From Mytilus edulis (Eukaryota): 64,000 bases of DNA. Where the stretch lies: assembly GCF_963676685.1 (NCBI RefSeq), contig NC_092351.1:13144001-13208000 (forward strand), given 5' to 3'. A model generated the notes under the pieces. It did no database searches. It saw only the letters and a list, made by a program, of their open reading frames with translations, and had not been told where the DNA came from. Positions 24,168-38,900 of the stretch are shown one piece after another. Position numbers and translations under genes: made by a program. The stretch's first letter is position 1, and every line of letters begins with the position of its first letter.

Positions 24168-27100
24168 TTAGTTCTTCGATACTCCCGCCAGAATTGCTCC
24201 AGTGATGCCCATTGTAAATGCTATCACAAGGATCAGTAAATTATATGTACCCTGAAATAAAAATGATAGAATATTTCTTATGCAGTGTTGCGTCATGTCG
24301 CTACATGATATTTAAACGCCTTCATCTAGCTGAGTTACTCTATTAACGGAGATAATTTGCCAGACATCAACGTAGAACTTCACTTTACATCGTATGAAGA
24401 TTTTCTATGACAATATGATGTATTTATCTACAATGTATATGCGCGACTAAATTGTCTGACAGTCAAGAGTCATAAAGGAAAAAATACACAGTCCACGTGA
24501 TAACATCAGTATTGATATTATTGGTCGTCATAGTGTTGATCATGTAGAAATCAAATTTCAACATCTTCCTTTTTAATCATTAGACAGATGTCGTTTATCT
24601 ATGAGTTTTTATAATAAACTAGATGTGTCGGAACGACAAGAATTATCCCAATCGCAAAAGAAAATGTTCAAACCACAAAGCCCGTAATTGTTTTACTGAT
24701 AGGAAAAAAACGTTAACTTGATTAGAATCTCATCATAGTAGACCAGGCATGGGGTAATCGTAATCAGTAATCGTAATCAGCTGTAATCGATTACATTTTG
24801 CAGTGTAATCTTATGTAATCAGTAATCATGCCATTTCTGATTACAAGTAATCATAATGTAATCGATTACATTGCAAAACACAGGTGTAATCCTGATTACT
24901 TTTAGATTACTTTAAAATTACATTCATATGATTACTTGCTGATTACAAATCTTGTATATATATGAAAATAGTTTTTGATAGACAAGAAAATAAGAAAATG
25001 TAAAGCTTGAATGAAGAATCATGAAACTGGTATTCACAATGATGGGACCTTGTTTCATGTGATAAATTGTATCATCTATATAAAAAATGTATATAACCAA
25101 GTGTTCTATTTTGTAAACAGTTTACTAAAGGCAATTGCCTCTCCAATATTTCATTGTGAGATTGAGCTCTTATGATACAAGAATATGCCTTGAAAGCATT
25201 GTTTTCCCTTGATTGAAAATTCTGATATTAACTCCAATTTCATAAAAGTTTACCCAATACTTTAACATAACTACATTGAAATTAACATGCAGAAAACATT
25301 TAGTTCCAATTTGACTTTGATTGTCGACGTAAATATATGAGCCCACTTAATTAAAAATGGAAGTTAAAACCAGATTTCATTTATTGACAACTATCAGTAT
25401 AAACAAGTACATGTACAGTGTAAACATATGGCATACTATTACAAACAATGTGCATAGTAAACAATAGGTGACGTCAGAAGTTTCATCAATACAAAATATC
25501 TTTTATTACAATAAACTGTTGAGAAATGTATATACTTTCCTAAGTTACAAAGCTGTTTTGTGTTTTCACCTGACAAAAACTCTATTAATTATTAATTAGA
25601 TCAAGTATTAAAAATTTTCAAACAAATAATGACAATCAACCATTTCTAACTTTATTGATATTTTATTAAGACAATGAAAAGTTTAATACCCAAGCTCACC
25701 TATTGTTTGTAAAAAAATGGAATTAGTGATTTACACCTGTAAAAACATTAATGGATGTGTCAATTATGTCCCAACAGACAATCAAACTTTACTTAATTAA
25801 TTTTTCTCTATTTGTTCAGCGTTTTTGTTAATTAGGCAGTTGGTTGAAAATTTGTAGAAAAATCAAGTTATATATTTACATAGAGAAAGAACATGTACAC
25901 TTGTCTATAGTTATTGTTAACAAATTACACATGTTACACTGTACTTGTCTATTAATTCTTTATTAAAATAATTTTTGAATAAATTAAGGCTTTTAAAGAA
26001 ATCCCCAAAGTTAGCTTTTTTGTGAGGATAAAAAGTTATAAAAACTTTGATATTGCAATATACAATGTAATCATAAGTAATCTAAAGTAATCATGATTAC
26101 TTTAAAGAAAAGTAATCTAATATAATCGATTACATATGAAAAAGGGTGTAATTGTAATGTAATTGATAACATTTTATCAGCAAAGTAATTGTAATTTAAT
26201 CGATTAAATTTTAAAGTAATCTACCCCATCCCTGTAGTAAACCCATTTACAAAAAATCCCTCAATACGTGAAGGCGTTTAGAAAAACAATCCGTATAATT
26301 GGTTGTTGCAGAATGACGGAATGACAAAATGACTGATAAGTGTAAAAACTATATAGGTCAAACTTCAAAGTGGGAGGGCAATTTAAAATAAAATGCAAAT
26401 AAATGCAAATGAGACAATTATATAGCAAAGATAAGGTAGAAGTTTGCAATTGTGGATGACCATATCGCATCTTAACTGGACATCGCTATTTCGTATTCTG
26501 TTTCAAAAGCACACAGATGTTACAAAAGGATAATCAATGTTTTACCTTAGCCGTATTTGGCACAACTTTTTGGAATTTTGGATCCTCAATGCTCTTCAAC
26601 TTTGTACTTGTATGGCTTTATAAATATTTTGATATGAGCGTCACTGATGAGTCTTATGTAGACGAAACGCGCGTCTGGCGTACTAAATTATAATCCTGGT
26701 ACCTGTGATAACTATTACACGTCAGTATCTTTTTACCTTAATTTCTTTGAAGACAATAACGCCCCATAAAGAAGCTACAATCGATGGTCCAGTTGTAACA
26801 ATAGGAAATGCTACTGGTATTGATAATGCTCTATTTGCTATAAACCAACAACTGTTTCCAATTGCCCACATTACACCAGATATCAAGGCAGGTATCATTA
26901 CTTTTGGGTAGACCTTTGGTTTAAACTTCATAACTATAATGTATGTAACAAAAAATGTGGTACTTGTCAAATATACGCCACAAAAATCAGCAAAAACATA
27001 ATCCAAACCTGAAATATAAAATGTATGATTTATACCAATGACATTTGTTATCAACTTGAAACTAACAAACAGTCGTTGCAATAAGATAGATATACTTATT

Positions 27101-30100
27101 TCAACACGATTGATTGAACAACATATGTATTTACGATTTTATTAATATTTATTATTACTTTTGATGTTACCGTACATTTAAATTAAAAATAAAATGTAAG
27201 GAACTCGTCTGTTATTTCTTTGCATCTTACTTATTTCTATATGCAGCTAACATTATTAACATCACATATTATTCATTTAAATGAAAACAAAGCAGTACAA
27301 TTACAGAATATATTCAATATATGAAATATTTATATTTCATGCACAAAAAATTTAAGATCTATTTAACATGTTGTAATATGTTTCAAACTACCTTCTGCTA
27401 TGGATGTACACTTTGTGTAGTTTATATGTTGAATGCATTTAGTTGTTACTACTTTGGTACATATTTTTTTTTATAACTATAATTCCTTTCTACCAATGTA
27501 ATAATTTGCATCTACTAGATAATATAGATAGCTGTATTCTATTATCTGCACTATTTTTCGAGATTTTGTAAATGCAAAATATTTTGCAGGCTGTAAATAC
27601 TTATAAATTTTCTTTTAAAATTGATACCATTTATTGTTGCCCCTGGGTAATGATCTCGATGATCTTGTACATATGTAGCTCCAGTAAACATTTGTCCATA
27701 CATTAGACCAGAAAATATGCATAGAAGCAGTCCTCTGAAATGAGAAAGTCAGAGTTATAAACATTGCATCACTTTCATTAGAATTTGCAACGTATGATAA
27801 AGTAGTAAATAAAAGCATTTTACTAAAAAGATGTACTAGCAAAAGATTCAAAGATTTATCAAACCAACATGAGTCAGTTACTGTACCGTTGCTTTATATG
27901 TATTGATCAAGCCTCTTTAAAACTTTAATATACAGCTGCATACACGGTAAATAGATTTAGGAGAACAGATTTAAAGGCGCCATTGTACTCGTGAAATCTC
28001 AAATGCTGGGTGATATATTTGTAGGACTCTAAAGTGCGATGGGGACGCTAAAGTACGATGGTCACGCTAAAGTGCGATGGTCTACGCTAAAGTACGATTC
28101 CTCCATACGCTAAAGTGTGATGGTCCGCGAAAGTATAGACGAGAGAATTGTACTTGGATTATGACGTTAACAGTCGTTTATACAAACCAAAAAATGTATA
28201 TGCCGGAACATAAATTAAGAACATTTGATTCATACTTTTAAACCAAATGTCCATGATTTAATTTCAGACCTAACCGTGCTTCGTCGGCTGAAGCAACTGT
28301 GTTGATTTATTTCGGATGCTGGAAGAAGGACTTGTGTCCTTCAGTCGACCATTTTACTTTATAGATGCTAAATAGGTTGAAAATAGTATACGCATAGGTA
28401 TCGTAGATCCTGCTTCTATTGGCAGCGAACGGATGCACTGAAATTATTGTTTACAATTCAGTTTTACTTTATATAGAGGTTCCCGTTAAAATATTCTCGA
28501 TTTTATTGAAAAGTAACGTCAGGAAAATAAAGGTTCATGTTTTTCAGCGTAAATTATAAATTGTCGGCTAAAACATAGTTTGTACAGTGCAGAAAAATAT
28601 AACATGTTTTTTTTACGGAAAAGAGAAAGCTCGACGAATATCGCTTTTTCTCGCATTTAAGAATAAAGCTAAACACCTTGTACAAATAAATGTTACTTAA
28701 TGTATTCAGACAATGTGGTCGGTCTTACAAATTTAGAAACTATCACTATATAAGCTTACCGATAAATCATAAAGCCTATCACATATGTTATACCTTCGCA
28801 TTCTAGCTTTTGCAAATAGACTATTTTTTATTTTTTTTAAATCCATGTATTTAAATGTTTTAAACCGTCGACTTTAACATATTGGTCCATCGCACTTTAG
28901 CGTGAAATACCATCGTACTTTAGCAAACAAACAACCATCGCACTTAGCGTGAGACACCATCGTATTTTAGCGTAGCCCATCGCACTTTAGCGTGACCATC
29001 GCACTTTAGAGTACCATCGCACTTTAGAGTCCTACATATTTAAGACACACATTTTTCGGTTAGGTTGCATTACTATGTGTTGTGTTTTTGTAATTGCCAC
29101 GCCATGGAAAACAGGTGTAAATATTAAGTGATGTAATTGCGTTAATTATACTTCCAAAATAATGTACATGCAAAATATAACATAACTGCTCATTCAGATA
29201 TTTACGCACACAATTTTTCGCATACCAGGAGAGAGCATGTCAAAGTAGGAAATTTCGTCAATTGCAGTGTCAACTTTTATGCTACTGGCATTTTTTGGAT
29301 ATTCCTGAAAATATTGATGTGTAAAAAACTTTTTATTTAGTTAAATTGATGTAAATTGTTTAAAGATACAGTGCTCAGACATTGTGTCGATATTTAGATG
29401 AGTCCTGAAATCACGATTATAGCCTTATACTTTGTTTGTTTGCATTTGTTAAGAAAATAAATAGACTTTTTTTTATTAGCAACGTTGAATGAAATAATTC
29501 AGATTAATCTGTAATTCTTTTGGAATGTTATAGCAATGATTTATTAATCCTGAACATAAGAGAGATGTTGAAGAGCAGAAACATTGGAAAAGGACCAAGA
29601 ATATATGTAACTATAAACTGGCCATCAATGTGCTTAATTGAAACAAGTACTAGAAAAGCAAATACAAAAAGTCTATGTTGCATAACTTACAGTTACCAAC
29701 AAAGCTTCTGTCTCTTCGTCTTGTACTGGTGTTACTTCAGTCTTCACCATAACGAATACAAATGCACTACAAGACACCAAGAGAGGACGAGTTTCATAAT
29801 AAAAACCAACTTCACCGATACAGTAGTGTATACATATGTATTATGCTGATCGAGTACATGTGAAAAGGAAATTATTGATCAAATCATTTGAATTTAATTG
29901 TTCTCATGATTTCTGTGTGCGTTAATGGTAGCAGCTTATATGTGTTGCTGTATAAGATTCCAATTCTAATACGAATAAAACAGGAAAATAACAAACATAT
30001 TAATCTCCAAGGAAATGAAAAATATATTCTTTATGAAATGGCAATATCAAAAACTCAAACACATTCAACGAATGGAAAACAACCAAAAAGACCATACCAC

Positions 30101-32924
30101 ATAACACGATCTTGTTTGTGTAATTCGATTTGATTTTCATGAATCGTTGTAATTCAAATAAGCCGAGAAGTCACACGCTAGATGTAAATGTGTCTAAATT
30201 TCGTGAAATATGTTAAACAGTGCTGATCCTACCTGAGCCCCATGTTGCTTGTGCTTAATTTCAGCCTACTTCAAAGTTTGAAGTGCATTGGGTTTTGTTT
30301 TATTACGTTAGGAATGACATTTCCCTATGATTTAAAACCCCTTCACATTGTAATAACCTCTTGTGTTGTAATTAAGCTGACCTTAACACACAAATTGCAA
30401 CCCCTAGGTAGTTCATGGTAATATGCTCTGGTATTGATTTGTCTACACCGAAAAACCCAAATCTGAAAAAAAAATTGTTTTTTATTGATGATGATGTTGA
30501 TGATATAAGAACCTGAAATAAAATAAGAAAGTAATTTTACTTAAAAGGTATGTTGGCACGAAAAAGTCCATCCCAAGCAGTTCATGAAAATTACGTAGTG
30601 TAATTAAATAGATAGACACTAGTTATAAATGCTTTGAATGCAAATATTTGTAACATACTTTTCTTTAAATAAAGATTGTTACACAAGGAATTCCTGGATG
30701 CCTTACAGATTTTGACAGAATTTTTTGAATTTGTTAAGATCAATGTTTACTATATTAATCAAAGAACATATTGATCACCGATTTTTAAAAATGATCCAAA
30801 CAGAAAAAATAATATAAATGATTTAATAAAACTGATAGAATTTACTTGCTAGTATAAGAATGTTAACGCGATAAATAAAACCGATGCCATTGGATTGATT
30901 TATGCACATCTTCTGTTAATTTATTGTTTCAAAAATGTAGTCAAAAATAAGTCTCTCCCGAAGGCATTGAACCGTATTTGACGCATCTTATCAGAACTTT
31001 CATTTTTTAATGATTTCACTACTTCGTTTTTGGTTTAGGCCTTTCAATCGTTTTGATTCCAGTGTTTACTGATCAGTCTTATGAATATCTGACACGCGTC
31101 TTGCTTGCCAAATTATAAACCTGGAATCTTCGATGAGGTTTTACGTAAATACTTAAAAAGTTTGTATGCTCAAATCTTATCATTCGTGAGTGATGCGTAG
31201 TAAATAGTGCATAATGAAAAAGGACCTGCATGTAACCAGTATATATAGCCAATTTTCCTGAGACAGTTGAAATCATGTGGTAAAATTTAAAAGGAATAAG
31301 TTTTTTTCAGAATTTTGCAAACCTTCCGGTAGACCATCCACTAAGGAGACATACCATAGACCAAATACCAAATCCAAGTCCCAATCCAATGGTCTTCACA
31401 ATGGGAACAACACATATGTTTCCTGTAACAGTAAAAAAAAAACCTAGAAATATTTCATCCGAACAGCATTGTTGATGGATGGCAAAGATGGAACAGGACA
31501 ATCATCCTTCTTAGAAAAAGGACATAATGAGTGGAATATATATACATATGTATATACTATAGATAATTTAGCTGATCTGTATCAATAACATCTTCATGCC
31601 TTATATATCATGTACTGTAGTACGCCGCTAGATTAAAACTGACGTGGAAAGGTAACACATGGCCAGCGAAAGCTCTTTTTTGAGAGCCCAGGTGGTCGTG
31701 TGGTCTAGCGGGACGGCTGCAGTGCAGGCGATTTGGTGTCACGATATCACAGTAGCATGGGTTCGAATCCCGGCAAGGGAAGAACCAAAAATTTGCGAAA
31801 GCAAATTTATAGATCTAACATTGTTGGGTTGATGTTTAGACGAGTTATATATATATGTATATATATATTTGCAATGAATGTGATGTATATAGAATGGATT
31901 AAAGCTAGCACGTTATTGTATAACAATTAGAATAGAGAATTTCGTTTTCAAACTGGCAATACACACATGCATATATACATATAATTGTTAGTTTACCTTT
32001 GAATAACTTATATTGAATCTGTTATAATGTCTAAAAAGATTTAAACTAAAAAAAGAAATAAAGTTAAAAAAAAATGAAAATAGAAAATAATTTACCGAAT
32101 GCAAAGACAACTCCTCCAGTCATTGCTATTGGGAAGAACGGAGGTTGTTGTCGAATTAACTGAACCACAATTCCGGCAAGCATTACACCACTACAAAATA
32201 TCCACTGGAAAAACAAGCCTGTAGGAGTGAAAAGACAATGAAACTTATAATTTCAACATATTTACCCCCCTCCAAAATATACAATTAATAACAGAATATA
32301 TAATAAATAACAGTAATCAAAAAGAAACTGAACAAATCATAACGCTTGTATTTTACACACGAAATAGTTTGGTCAAATCATTTAAAAAGCACGCAAAATA
32401 GAGATTGTTTATTTACTCTTCGAACATAGCACTATTATTTTTGATTACATATGTAAATCTTGATCCGGTATTTAGCAAAACATGATTTATTTGTGTCTTT
32501 GGCAATCGTCTTAAGACTTTGGTGTCAGAAATTATGCCTTAACCATTCATTGTGTACATTATTTTTTTTAATATCATCACCAATTCTTTTAACAAATTAA
32601 ACTACAATAAAATCTAAAAGTTTGTACTGTCATAATATTCTATGTAATTCCTTTCGATTGCTTACCATCACCCGTTTCGTACTTTTTAACAGGAAGTGGA
32701 ACACTGCCAAAAAATAAAACTGCAATACCAGCTGCTATGAAGCCCAAGTATTCGGGTATTGTATCATCTGTAAATGGCACAGCTGTTGTATGAGTATATG
32801 TTGTATTATATGATTCTGTAGAATTCGTCCAAAAGGATGTCATATTCAATGGCACTGATGACGTCGATGGGATGTGTGAGCTCTGCCATGATGTAATATT
32901 TGAAGATGCAGTGGTCAATGCCAT
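24168..32924 (-). CDS. TMEM144: TMEM144-like paralogue B, 9 coding exons, 398 aa
   Basis: Exons 32924-32666, 32218-32096, 31422-31323, 30462-30382, 29766-29691, 29304-29210, 27734-27628, 27008-26737, 24251-24168 (TAA). All GT-AG and in frame, total 1197 nt. Exon sizes 123/100/81/107/272/84 are identical to paralogues A and C. Confidence 0.92.
24744..26234. mobile_element. Non-autonomous hAT-like DNA transposon
   Basis: TIRs CAGGCATGGGGTA / TACCCCATCCCTG; 8-bp TSD TAGTAGAC/TAGTAAAC; dense subterminal GTAATC/GATTAC motifs. Confidence 0.85.
26638..26681 (+). ncRNA. Type I hammerhead ribozyme (family 2), inside a repeat fragment at about 26543-26720
   Basis: GCGTCA-CTGATGA-GTCT tatgt AGAC-GAAA-C GCGC G-TC/TGGCGT. 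The core is intact with a GUC cleavage triplet ending at 26675. Confidence 0.9.
28020..29036. mobile_element. Ginger-like non-autonomous element
   Basis: TGTAGGACTCTAAAGTGCGATGG...CCATCGCACTTTAGAGTCCTACA; 4-bp TSD TATT; arrays of about 19-bp CGCTAAAGTRCGATGG at both ends. Confidence 0.8.
31686..31780 (+). mobile_element. tRNA-derived Pol III head (SINE-like) inside an element flanked by (TA)n tracts
   Basis: A-box-like TGGTCGTGTGG (31693-31703) and B-box GGTTCGAATCC (31760-31770); no canonical cloverleaf. Confidence 0.6.
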
Positions 32925-35900
32925 ATCAGAAGTCCAATGTGTTGATGTATTATTATGATTCCATTCTCTATGTCATAATTAATATAAATTTGCATATGTC
33001 TTTAACATCATGTATATGATATAGATAAATTTCGAAAATAAAACATATAGGTTTTAATGTTGAACTGTTTAAAAGTGTTGTATTAAAAATCCATAAAGCA
33101 TTAAACTATGCACTCCTATGAAATAATAAAATCGTACCATCGATGAATATATTTTTATCAAGAGTGAGAAAGATCGTCGATTTCCAGGGTAACCAATATA
33201 AAATTCAACCACCTAAATCAAAGTTTCAAAAATTGATTTTCCAGTTTAACATATTAATTTGTATATTATCTTCACCTTTTTTGAAATGTGATCATGGGGA
33301 TGTTGCTGATTCTGCAAGGGATTACAAACAACACTATCAAAACATCAAAATGACTAACAATAACTATTCATGAAAGTCATTTCCCTTAGTGTGGACTTGA
33401 TATTAGTGATGTATCTTACTGGAAGGTCGATGTAGGAGTCTAAACGTACATATTTAATCATTTATTACTTATATATAGGTCTAGCTTTATTTTTGAGAAG
33501 ATAGGATTCACATTTTTTTCGTCTTTTACCGGATGCAACTTTTTGCTGGAAATCTGCCTGGCATCGAATTATGGTTTTGGATCAACTCATTGGTATTTTT
33601 TTACTTCTTGCAAAAAATCTTACCAGCTTAGAAATTATTTTAATAAACTGGGAATCGAAGATACAATTTGTTTATTATATCATTAAAAGGTTTACTGTGT
33701 GAAGAAACAATGTAACGCAAAACATAAATATGACGTAAAAGATATCATCAAAATGCAGATGTTTTTATCTACAACAATTGTATTATGTTGGTATATTGAT
33801 ATTTAAAATCAATCTCGATATTCTAATGTGTAACAATCTTTGATGACTACTTGTTGAACTCTAATGTAGTAGAATTCATTAAAACCTTCTCAAATACTAA
33901 GAACAATAACCAAATATCTAACTTAGAACAGGTATTTGATTTCACTTTCAAATACCTATATATTATTGCCAATTTCATATGCATGTATATTAATGACATC
34001 CTGTAACTCAAAAACCAATCATCGTAGTGAGTAATTGCATTCTTATGAGATTGGAATTTTTGATCGAAATACTACAGAGATTAGAAAGTTTACCTCATAT
34101 CCTGATCCTTTCGTCGATGATGACACAAATGACAACGTCACAAACGTGATGCTTTCAACTTTCAAATTTATTTGAAGGACCTTTATTGTCAGATCGATAC
34201 AAAACAGAAACACACCTAACAAAAACACAGACCACTATGTGTGCCTGTCATAGGTCCGGGGCTTGTAATTGCGTGCTTTTCGTTCGCTGTAGGTTATCAT
34301 GTTCATTTTCCCTTTTTTCATACATAAAACAGGCTGTTAGTTTTATCATTGAATTGTTTTACATTGTTATTTCGAGGCCTTTCATAGTTGAGTATGTTGT
34401 ATGGGTTTTGCTCATTGTTGCAGACCGAACGGTTACCTCTAATTGTAATTTTTCATGTTATTTGGTTTTGGTGGAAAATTGTCTTATTGGCCACTATACC
34501 ACATCTTCTTATTTTTATCTACTAGTATACAATAATTAATAAAATATCCGAAAACTTCAAATAAGGTTATATTATTCAACTTTTTTATAAATGTTTTAAG
34601 GAAAACAAAAAGAAAAAAGAGGTTTCATTAATATGGTTCCTTTTATAATACGTGTAATTAGTTATAATATTTACCTTCTTTTAAAAGTAGTATTACGGTG
34701 AAAGGTTTATTTTATCAATCAAAAGATAATTGTGTGTCTATCTATAATAAGTTTGTGACAATACCCGATATAATCATATCTAGTATTAACGTTTATCAGA
34801 ATAACAAGGAGATACAATAATAGTTAGTGTGTTATTGACCTAGTACGATACATTGAGTGTGTAAATTCGATACATATGGGGTTAGAGCGAACCCAATACA
34901 GAATGTACAGACCCCATACATGAATTATATTAGGTCACTAGTAAACTGTGCAACACATTTATCTTACCGACTTTCTAAACATGAAGCTTATAAACTAGTG
35001 GCCTATGATAGTGATCAAATCTTATAGCTTTTATTTTCAATCTTTCAATATAATCATCTGCTGTTTAGGCATAACATTTCAGATTTCCCCCCTAATTATG
35101 TACTTTTTATAAAGATAAGTAACACAACTTCAAACCTGTATTAAATAAAACACGCCAAATAGCACTTAACAAGATATATAGGGTCTCAACGTGTTCCCTT
35201 TTAACTAAAGATATCCCTTGAAGTTTATAGGAGGTAAGATAATTATAACTGTGTTTGAATCTTTGAGAATGGAAATGGGGAATGTGTTAAAGAGACAATA
35301 TTTCATATATGAATTAGACCTTTAGTTGTTTTAACTAGTTATAATTGGACCCTTAAAATCTTGCTATGCAGTGTGAGCAAAGGCACCGTTTGGAAGCCCG
35401 AATTTAGAACTATAATTGCTAACTTTTCATACATTGTGACTTGAATGGTAATTGGCATTCAAACCCTATCTTCTTTCATTAAGACCTGCAAAAAGTATTC
35501 ATAAAGGATTGGAAGGCCTTCAATACAAAGCTTCAATTAGGAATACTTTCTTACACAAGATATCTTGTTCCTCACATACAGTAACCAACACTTTAACTCA
35601 CTGATTATAGGGTCTTATCAATCATAGAACTGTAATTTTAAAAAGATGTCTCGGTAATAGTTTAAATTATAGACGCAATGGATAAGCTTTGGCTGGTTAA
35701 ACATGATATAATAATTACCAGTTGTAATTGGCTCTCGATAACTTAATAGTACTCTAAGATTAGTTTTTTGCGTCATTTGTTAGTTGTTTTCTGTACTTTG
35801 GGTTGAACTGATGACACAAGCTATGTTTAAAATAAAAAGAGGCGAAAGATACCAAACGGACATTCCCACTCATATATCTATAGTCTAAAATCAACTGACA

Positions 35901-38900
35901 ATGCTGCAACTACTTATTTTTAGGTGTTTTCCGTATTGTGCTACAAAACGACTGTCCAAGGTTAGGGGAGGGTTGAGTAATTACAAACATGTTTGACTTG
36001 TTTGACTGCCTAATTCGTATGTGCCTGTTTCATGAGCAACAAGAAGGGTGCCACATGTAGAGCAGAATCTGCTTACCCTTCCGGAGCACCTGAGAACACC
36101 CCATTTTTTGGTGAGGTTTGTGTTGCTTATTCTTTATTTATATATGTTGTGTCATGTGTACTACTGTTTGTCTGTTTTTCTATTTCATTTTTAGCAATGG
36201 CGTTGTCAGTTAATTTTCTATTTATGAGTTTGACTGTCCCTCTGGTATCTTTCGTCCCTCTTTTTCAATCAATAAAGGAGAATGTTTTCAGTGGTAGTTA
36301 TTGGTTTCTGTTTTTAATATATCAGGTGTAAGTGTTTAGTTTGAACTATGTAATAGGTGGTAACGTTGAGGCCTGTTTTAGCTTTGTTATGGGTTTAGCT
36401 CGATGTTGTAACATGTAGGTCATTCAGCAACATATATTTATTAACATCTATGTATGGTCTATGGTGGATACAATGCAAGTCCCATTGGCAATCATTCATA
36501 TTTCTTCTTATTTATACAGTATATTCAACACTGAAAAACTGAAACACACATAACAAAAGTTTCCATTAACTTTATGTAATGCAAATATAAACTATAAATA
36601 TTTCCTGAATGATATTTTAACACTTCAATTATATAAACAATTCATGAATATACAATGTATTAATCTCATTTAAAAAAATACAACCTTGTTCTTATCACTG
36701 GCATAAAACTTATTAAATTTCATTTTTAAATGACTGTTACTTTAAACCATGAAAACATCGTAATCTTAAAATATAAGTCATGCAGAGGTGTTATTTGTAC
36801 AGTAATTTGCTCAAAATATAAATTATTTCTTAAGATTTACAATTTTAACAAAGCTTAGCAAATAGCATACATGAGTGTGTTTGTAGTAACTGACCTACAA
36901 TCATTTGTGTGTGATTTAACAGACTAATACTATAAGAGTTGGTACAGGTTCTCTCTTTCTGGACAACTCAAGATGCTGCTGTGTGAAATCTACTCTTCAG
37001 AATACATTTTACTATGAAACATCAGAGTATAATCTAACAAGATGTTTATATTCAGCATAATTGAGCTTGCCAACAGTAGCTATGAGGTTCATATAAAGTT
37101 CTGTTTAAACCAAATTTTGAAGGTTTTTTTAGTACCTTGTGTTATTCCATTGAAGTTGAACAAAGAGTCAATTACATAGATTGTATGGAATGTTTCTTCA
37201 ACAATGGAGAATGATATTTAAGGAACATATAAATAAATAGAAATAATGTAAGTGAAAAATTAATTTGTTCACAAATTAGGAAAATGGAACATATATTTAT
37301 CAAACAATTCCATAATAGCAGGTGCAAAACTTCAATATGTGAACAATCTTTCTGTGAAGTTTGAAGGTTCTGAGTAGAAAGATGTAGATTGATCAGAATA
37401 CATAAATATTTGTTATGCTAGCATCTCATCAATCAACCTTCAAAAAATGTCCCTATAATACGCCAGATGTGCACTCTGCTAGACATAGCATAAGGATTGA
37501 GAGCTTCAACTTCAAACATCAGTTCAAAGTCAGGAATATTGTCAGTGGTTGGCATTAAAATATATCTATTCATTTTTACAATGATACATGTGTAAGGTAC
37601 GTGTGTATAAATAAATATAAGCATTGTTGATACTACTTGAGACTTTGTAGAAGCTAAAACTACTAGACCAAAGAACAAAAGTCATGTCATTGCAATGGAA
37701 ATCATCAATTCTCTGCATTGTTTGGGCAGAGTATTATAAATTATGAATTATTTGGTACATTTATTATTAATGTAAATATAGGTAAACAGGCCCTAATTGG
37801 AGAAAATATAATTCTACATATAAATAATGTCCTCAGAATTTAAACCTGTGTGCTATTATAATATTAGCCCAATAAAAGGACTGTCACAGTTTGAGAAACC
37901 CCAAGATTACTTTGCTGTAGCTTAATGTCTTGCACCCCTCTATTCATAGGTGAATTGATAATTGTTGTGTGTTTTAATGTGTCATTGTGACATGAATGTC
38001 ATAAATATAGTAAAACTTTCCATAACTCCCATAAAAATGTTACACTCAAAATGATAATACAATATAGTCAACAACATAATATGATGGCAAAACAACCTAT
38101 AAAGGTAGACAGCTTTCTGTGATGTCAACAGCTGTAAAAGGAGTTAAATTCACAAAGAGTCATTAGGTACAAAACTAACATAAGTATAAAAATTTCAAAG
38201 TCTGATAACTCCCTTAAAAAGAGTTACTTCAAAATGACACCATTACCATCTCAACACTATGTGCATGGGACAATCATAAATACTATAAGGAAATCTCAAT
38301 TTACAATGAATAACATGTATGTAATAATAAGAATTACAGTATAATCTCAAAGTATGAACATAGTTGATTATATAAAGATGTTTTGAAACATGTATGTACT
38401 ATGAAAATAAGCAGATATATGACCCCAATTAATATCTTTAACAAATGAGTATACATGCAGTGAAATGTAGGAAATATTGTATTTTTAACCAAAAGAAGAT
38501 AATATTGTTTAGGAAAAATCAAGTTACTACATGAATTTGATTGATAGAGAAAAATATAAACACATATATACTTACAAAAAACAGAGACATAAAATAAAAA
38601 AGGTATCACAGACATAAATCATAAAAGTATTTGTAATCATAATATCAAAATATGTAGTGCCATTTTTATACTTTATATGAAAAATGGATAATTTTTTTTT
38701 TACTTCATTACATGCTTCTTGTGGGTACACATGATAATCAGTATTAATCATCCAGTTAAAATAAAAGAATAAAAAATTATAACAGTTAAAATAAATATCA
38801 TCGTAACATTTTGATAAAAGCAAATTAAAGGTTATACAAGTATCAACAGGAATTAGGAAGCTAAATATTTGTCACTTAGCCATATATTTGAATCAGAAAA

